DNA from: Synechococcus sp.
Lineage (GTDB): Bacteria > Cyanobacteriota > Cyanobacteriia > PCC-6307 > Cyanobiaceae
Assembly (NCBI GenBank): GCA_047285805.1
Contig: JBJBCN010000002.1
Span: 96,001 to 160,000, forward strand
DNA length: 64,000 nucleotides
Reading direction: 5' to 3'
Shown piece by piece: positions 62,135-64,000 of the stretch (its first letter is position 1; the number at the start of each line of letters is the position of its first letter). A model generated the notes under the pieces. It was not told the origin of the DNA. It saw only the letters and a list, made by a program, of their open reading frames with translations, and did no database searches. The position numbers and the translations under genes are program-made.

Positions 62135-63152
62135 TGCTGGCGACTACTTCCTTGTCCTCGCTCTGCTGTTGAATCGATTCTGGTTGCATCAGGTCCACCT
62201 TCTTGAGACTTTCGGCCATTACTTTGATTCCATCTGGAACCACTAAGGCATGCACCGCAACCGATCTCGCTAACGCAGCTGCCTGCATAAAGAGCTGTGC
62301 TTCTGCCTCCATGCCGCGATACATTCTGGCGTGAAAGGCCTGGTTGCGCAGTCTCATTAATGCGGCTGTTTGTGAGAAACTGCGTGAAGCCCTGATAGAT
62401 GGTTTTGCCTTGTTAACGCCTTCTTCAGTGTCATTCTCTTTAACCGATTCTTCTTTAGCCCGATTTAAATTATAGACGAGTCGCAATGGTGTTGGCTGTG
62501 GCATGCAAGTTAAATCTTCAGCTAGCAGTGCATAGCGCTTTAGACCCTTCCGTACCGGTGGTAGCTGCGCCCAATTTAGATCCAATGCCATAGCTGCGTC
62601 ATGCCAGAGCTTGAGTTGATGCATCCCTGGCTGCACAATCCCATCGTTGCCAATGGCAACAAGTTCACTACTGAGTAGGCGCCACCCTTCTTGAAGTAGA
62701 CACCAGGCCAAGGTGGACTTGCCAGCAGCTGGATGGCCCATTAGGAGGATGGCCTCACCATCACGCTCCAGTGCTGTTCCATGCAACACCAATAAACCAC
62801 GCTGGATCGCCAACGCCCCGAGCCCACTGGTGACAGCAAACGTACGAATGTCGCGATCGCTGACGCTGTCGTCCCAGCGCTGCCATTCCAAACATTCACC
62901 ACCCGTGGCACGAAACCAGCCAATACCTTCTAGTTCCAGGCGCCAATCTTGCTGTGCTAACTGCAACGTCGGCGTGCTGTGAGGGCTCGGCTCAAGGCTG
63001 GGCCATTGCTGGTGATCAGCTTCCTTCAGCTCCACTAGCGTCTCACTGCCGGCGAGTGGAACTGCATCGGCTGGCATCAACTCCGGCAAAACCAACGACG
63101 ACGACAGCAGCATCCCGAAAGCTTGATAGGTTCCAGGAGTCGCGGCAGCCAT
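62127..63152 (-). CDS. HPr kinase-like protein (atypical P-loop kinase)
   Basis: YQAFGM, LLVLHGTAL, LLMGHPAAGKSTLA, LLSSE (S/E where D/D is usual); start uncertain (63152 or 63242). Confidence 0.82.
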   Translation of the reverse strand: MAAATPGTYQAFGMLLSSSLVLPELMPADAVPLAGSETLVELKEADHQQWPSLEPSPHSTPTLQLAQQDWRLELEGIGWFRATGGECLEWQRWDDSVSDRDIRTFAVTSGLGALAIQRGLLVLHGTALERDGEAILLMGHPAAGKSTLAWCLLQEGWRLLSSELVAIGNDGIVQPGMHQLKLWHDAAMALDLNWAQLPPVRKGLKRYALLAEDLTCMPQPTPLRLVYNLNRAKEESVKENDTEEGVNKAKPSIRASRSFSQTAALMRLRNQAFHARMYRGMEAEAQLFMQAAALARSVAVHALVVPDGIKVMAESLKKVDLMQPESIQQQSEDKEVVASND

Positions 63153-63441
63153 CAGCTCAAGAACTGGCGTTGCGATGTCAATGCTCTCATCTCTGCGCGT
63201 TTTAATCGCGCAATCGATGCCAATATGAACAATCGCGTTCAAAAAGGAACTGAGGCTGCATGCTCGCCATGCCCCTGGACTACCGACGCGCCATCACCAT
63301 CAATACGAATCGGACCGGCCCCTTATTGACCGTCACCCGCAAAAGAACGGGGAAGGCTGGCTGCTGATCAAACAGGAGCGGCTTGGAGCTGCCTTAAGTA
63401 CAAACTTGATTCTCTTGTTAGAGGACAATCTGGTCCCAGTG

Positions 63442-63603
63442 TTGATTCATTCAGACATTCTCAAAGGTGCTCAAGCACTAAACCATTCATTAGAGATCAG
63501 GTCCGAGTCCCTTCCAGAGCTTTTCCCGCTCTTCGCAGTTGGTCTGGTCATCACTCAGCGCGAGCTGTTGATGCACCTATGGCGCCATGAGGTCGATGGC
63601 TAG
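63442..63603 (+). CDS. 53-aa module protein, copy 3
   Basis: LIHSDILKGAQALNHSLEIRSESLPELFPLFAVGLVITQRELLMHLWRHEVDG*. Confidence 0.7.
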   Translation: MIHSDILKGAQALNHSLEIRSESLPELFPLFAVGLVITQRELLMHLWRHEVDG

Positions 63604-63952
63604 AGCAACCGCTGCCACCATTGCTGACCGGGTCGAAACCCTTCAGGAGAAGATCCTGGAGGGGACATCGAACACCGTCTGTCTCGCCTATGCGCGACGT
63701 GAGTGGGGGGTCTCAAGGGCTCAGGGCTACCGACTGCTCAAGCGGGCGTGGCAGCAGATCGCCGAGGACATTGATCGTGTCGGGATCGACCGGCGCGAAA
63801 TGTTGAGCTGGGCTATCCACCAGCTCCAGTCAGCGGCTGGGCTGGCCCTCAGTCAGAAGAACCCTGGAGCGGTGGTCGGTGCCATCAGGGAGATGGATGT
63901 ACTGCTTGGGCTTGGCGCCAGCAGCAACGCCCGTGGCCAGCGGTGGCGCTGA
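63596..63952 (+). CDS. satellite-like HTH / small-terminase-like protein (intact copy)
   Basis: WGVSRAQGYRLLKRAW HTH-like helix; all-helical; 8-nt overlap with the upstream 53-aa gene. Confidence 0.7.
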   Translation: MARATAATIADRVETLQEKILEGTSNTVCLAYARREWGVSRAQGYRLLKRAWQQIAEDIDRVGIDRREMLSWAIHQLQSAAGLALSQKNPGAVVGAIREMDVLLGLGASSNARGQRWR

Positions 63953-64000
63953 TCAGAAGTACTGGCGGTAGGGACGCCCTTCCTTGGTGGTGCCCTCGGT

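Larger units (their letters stand above)
48303..64000. mobile_element. tRNA-Ala-anchored genomic island (extends beyond the window)
   Basis: Starts at the partial tRNA; GC drop; short ORFs, pseudogenes, internal repeats; no integrase inside the window. Confidence 0.8.

Overview
Picocyanobacterial chromosome segment (Synechococcus/Cyanobium-like: high GC, intact kaiABC, Fe-type SOD). Positions 1 to about 48.2 kb are mostly core genes: nagB, yebC, truB, rpmA/rplU, kaiABC, nblS, purD/purC, bamA-lpxC-fabZ-lpxA-lpxB, msrA, pepA, tyrS, pyrF, recO, deoC, hpf, lipB, aas, pdhC, queA, sodB, FKBP, lnt and selO. Two small islets interrupt them: about 22.6-24.5 kb, and about 39.5-43.4 kb with an AT-rich TPR-methyltransferase beside a damaged phasin-like gene. 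At 48261-48302 the 3' half of a tRNA-Ala(GGC) marks an att site, and a lower-GC genomic island runs from there past the window end. The island holds CAAD, DUF3303, NblA-like, SDR and DUF3598-like genes, three copies of a two-gene satellite-like module, and a repeated non-coding element. It also holds a 1548-bp tandem duplication of an inverse-autotransporter-like beta-barrel gene whose copies are near-identical except for unrelated two-Cys C-terminal peptides after RDVRVHD. This pair lies directly beside PqqD/RRE, GNAT-like, sulfotransferase and HPr-kinase-like genes, and is the best candidate for an undescribed system. All calls come from reading motifs by eye; no database searches were run.
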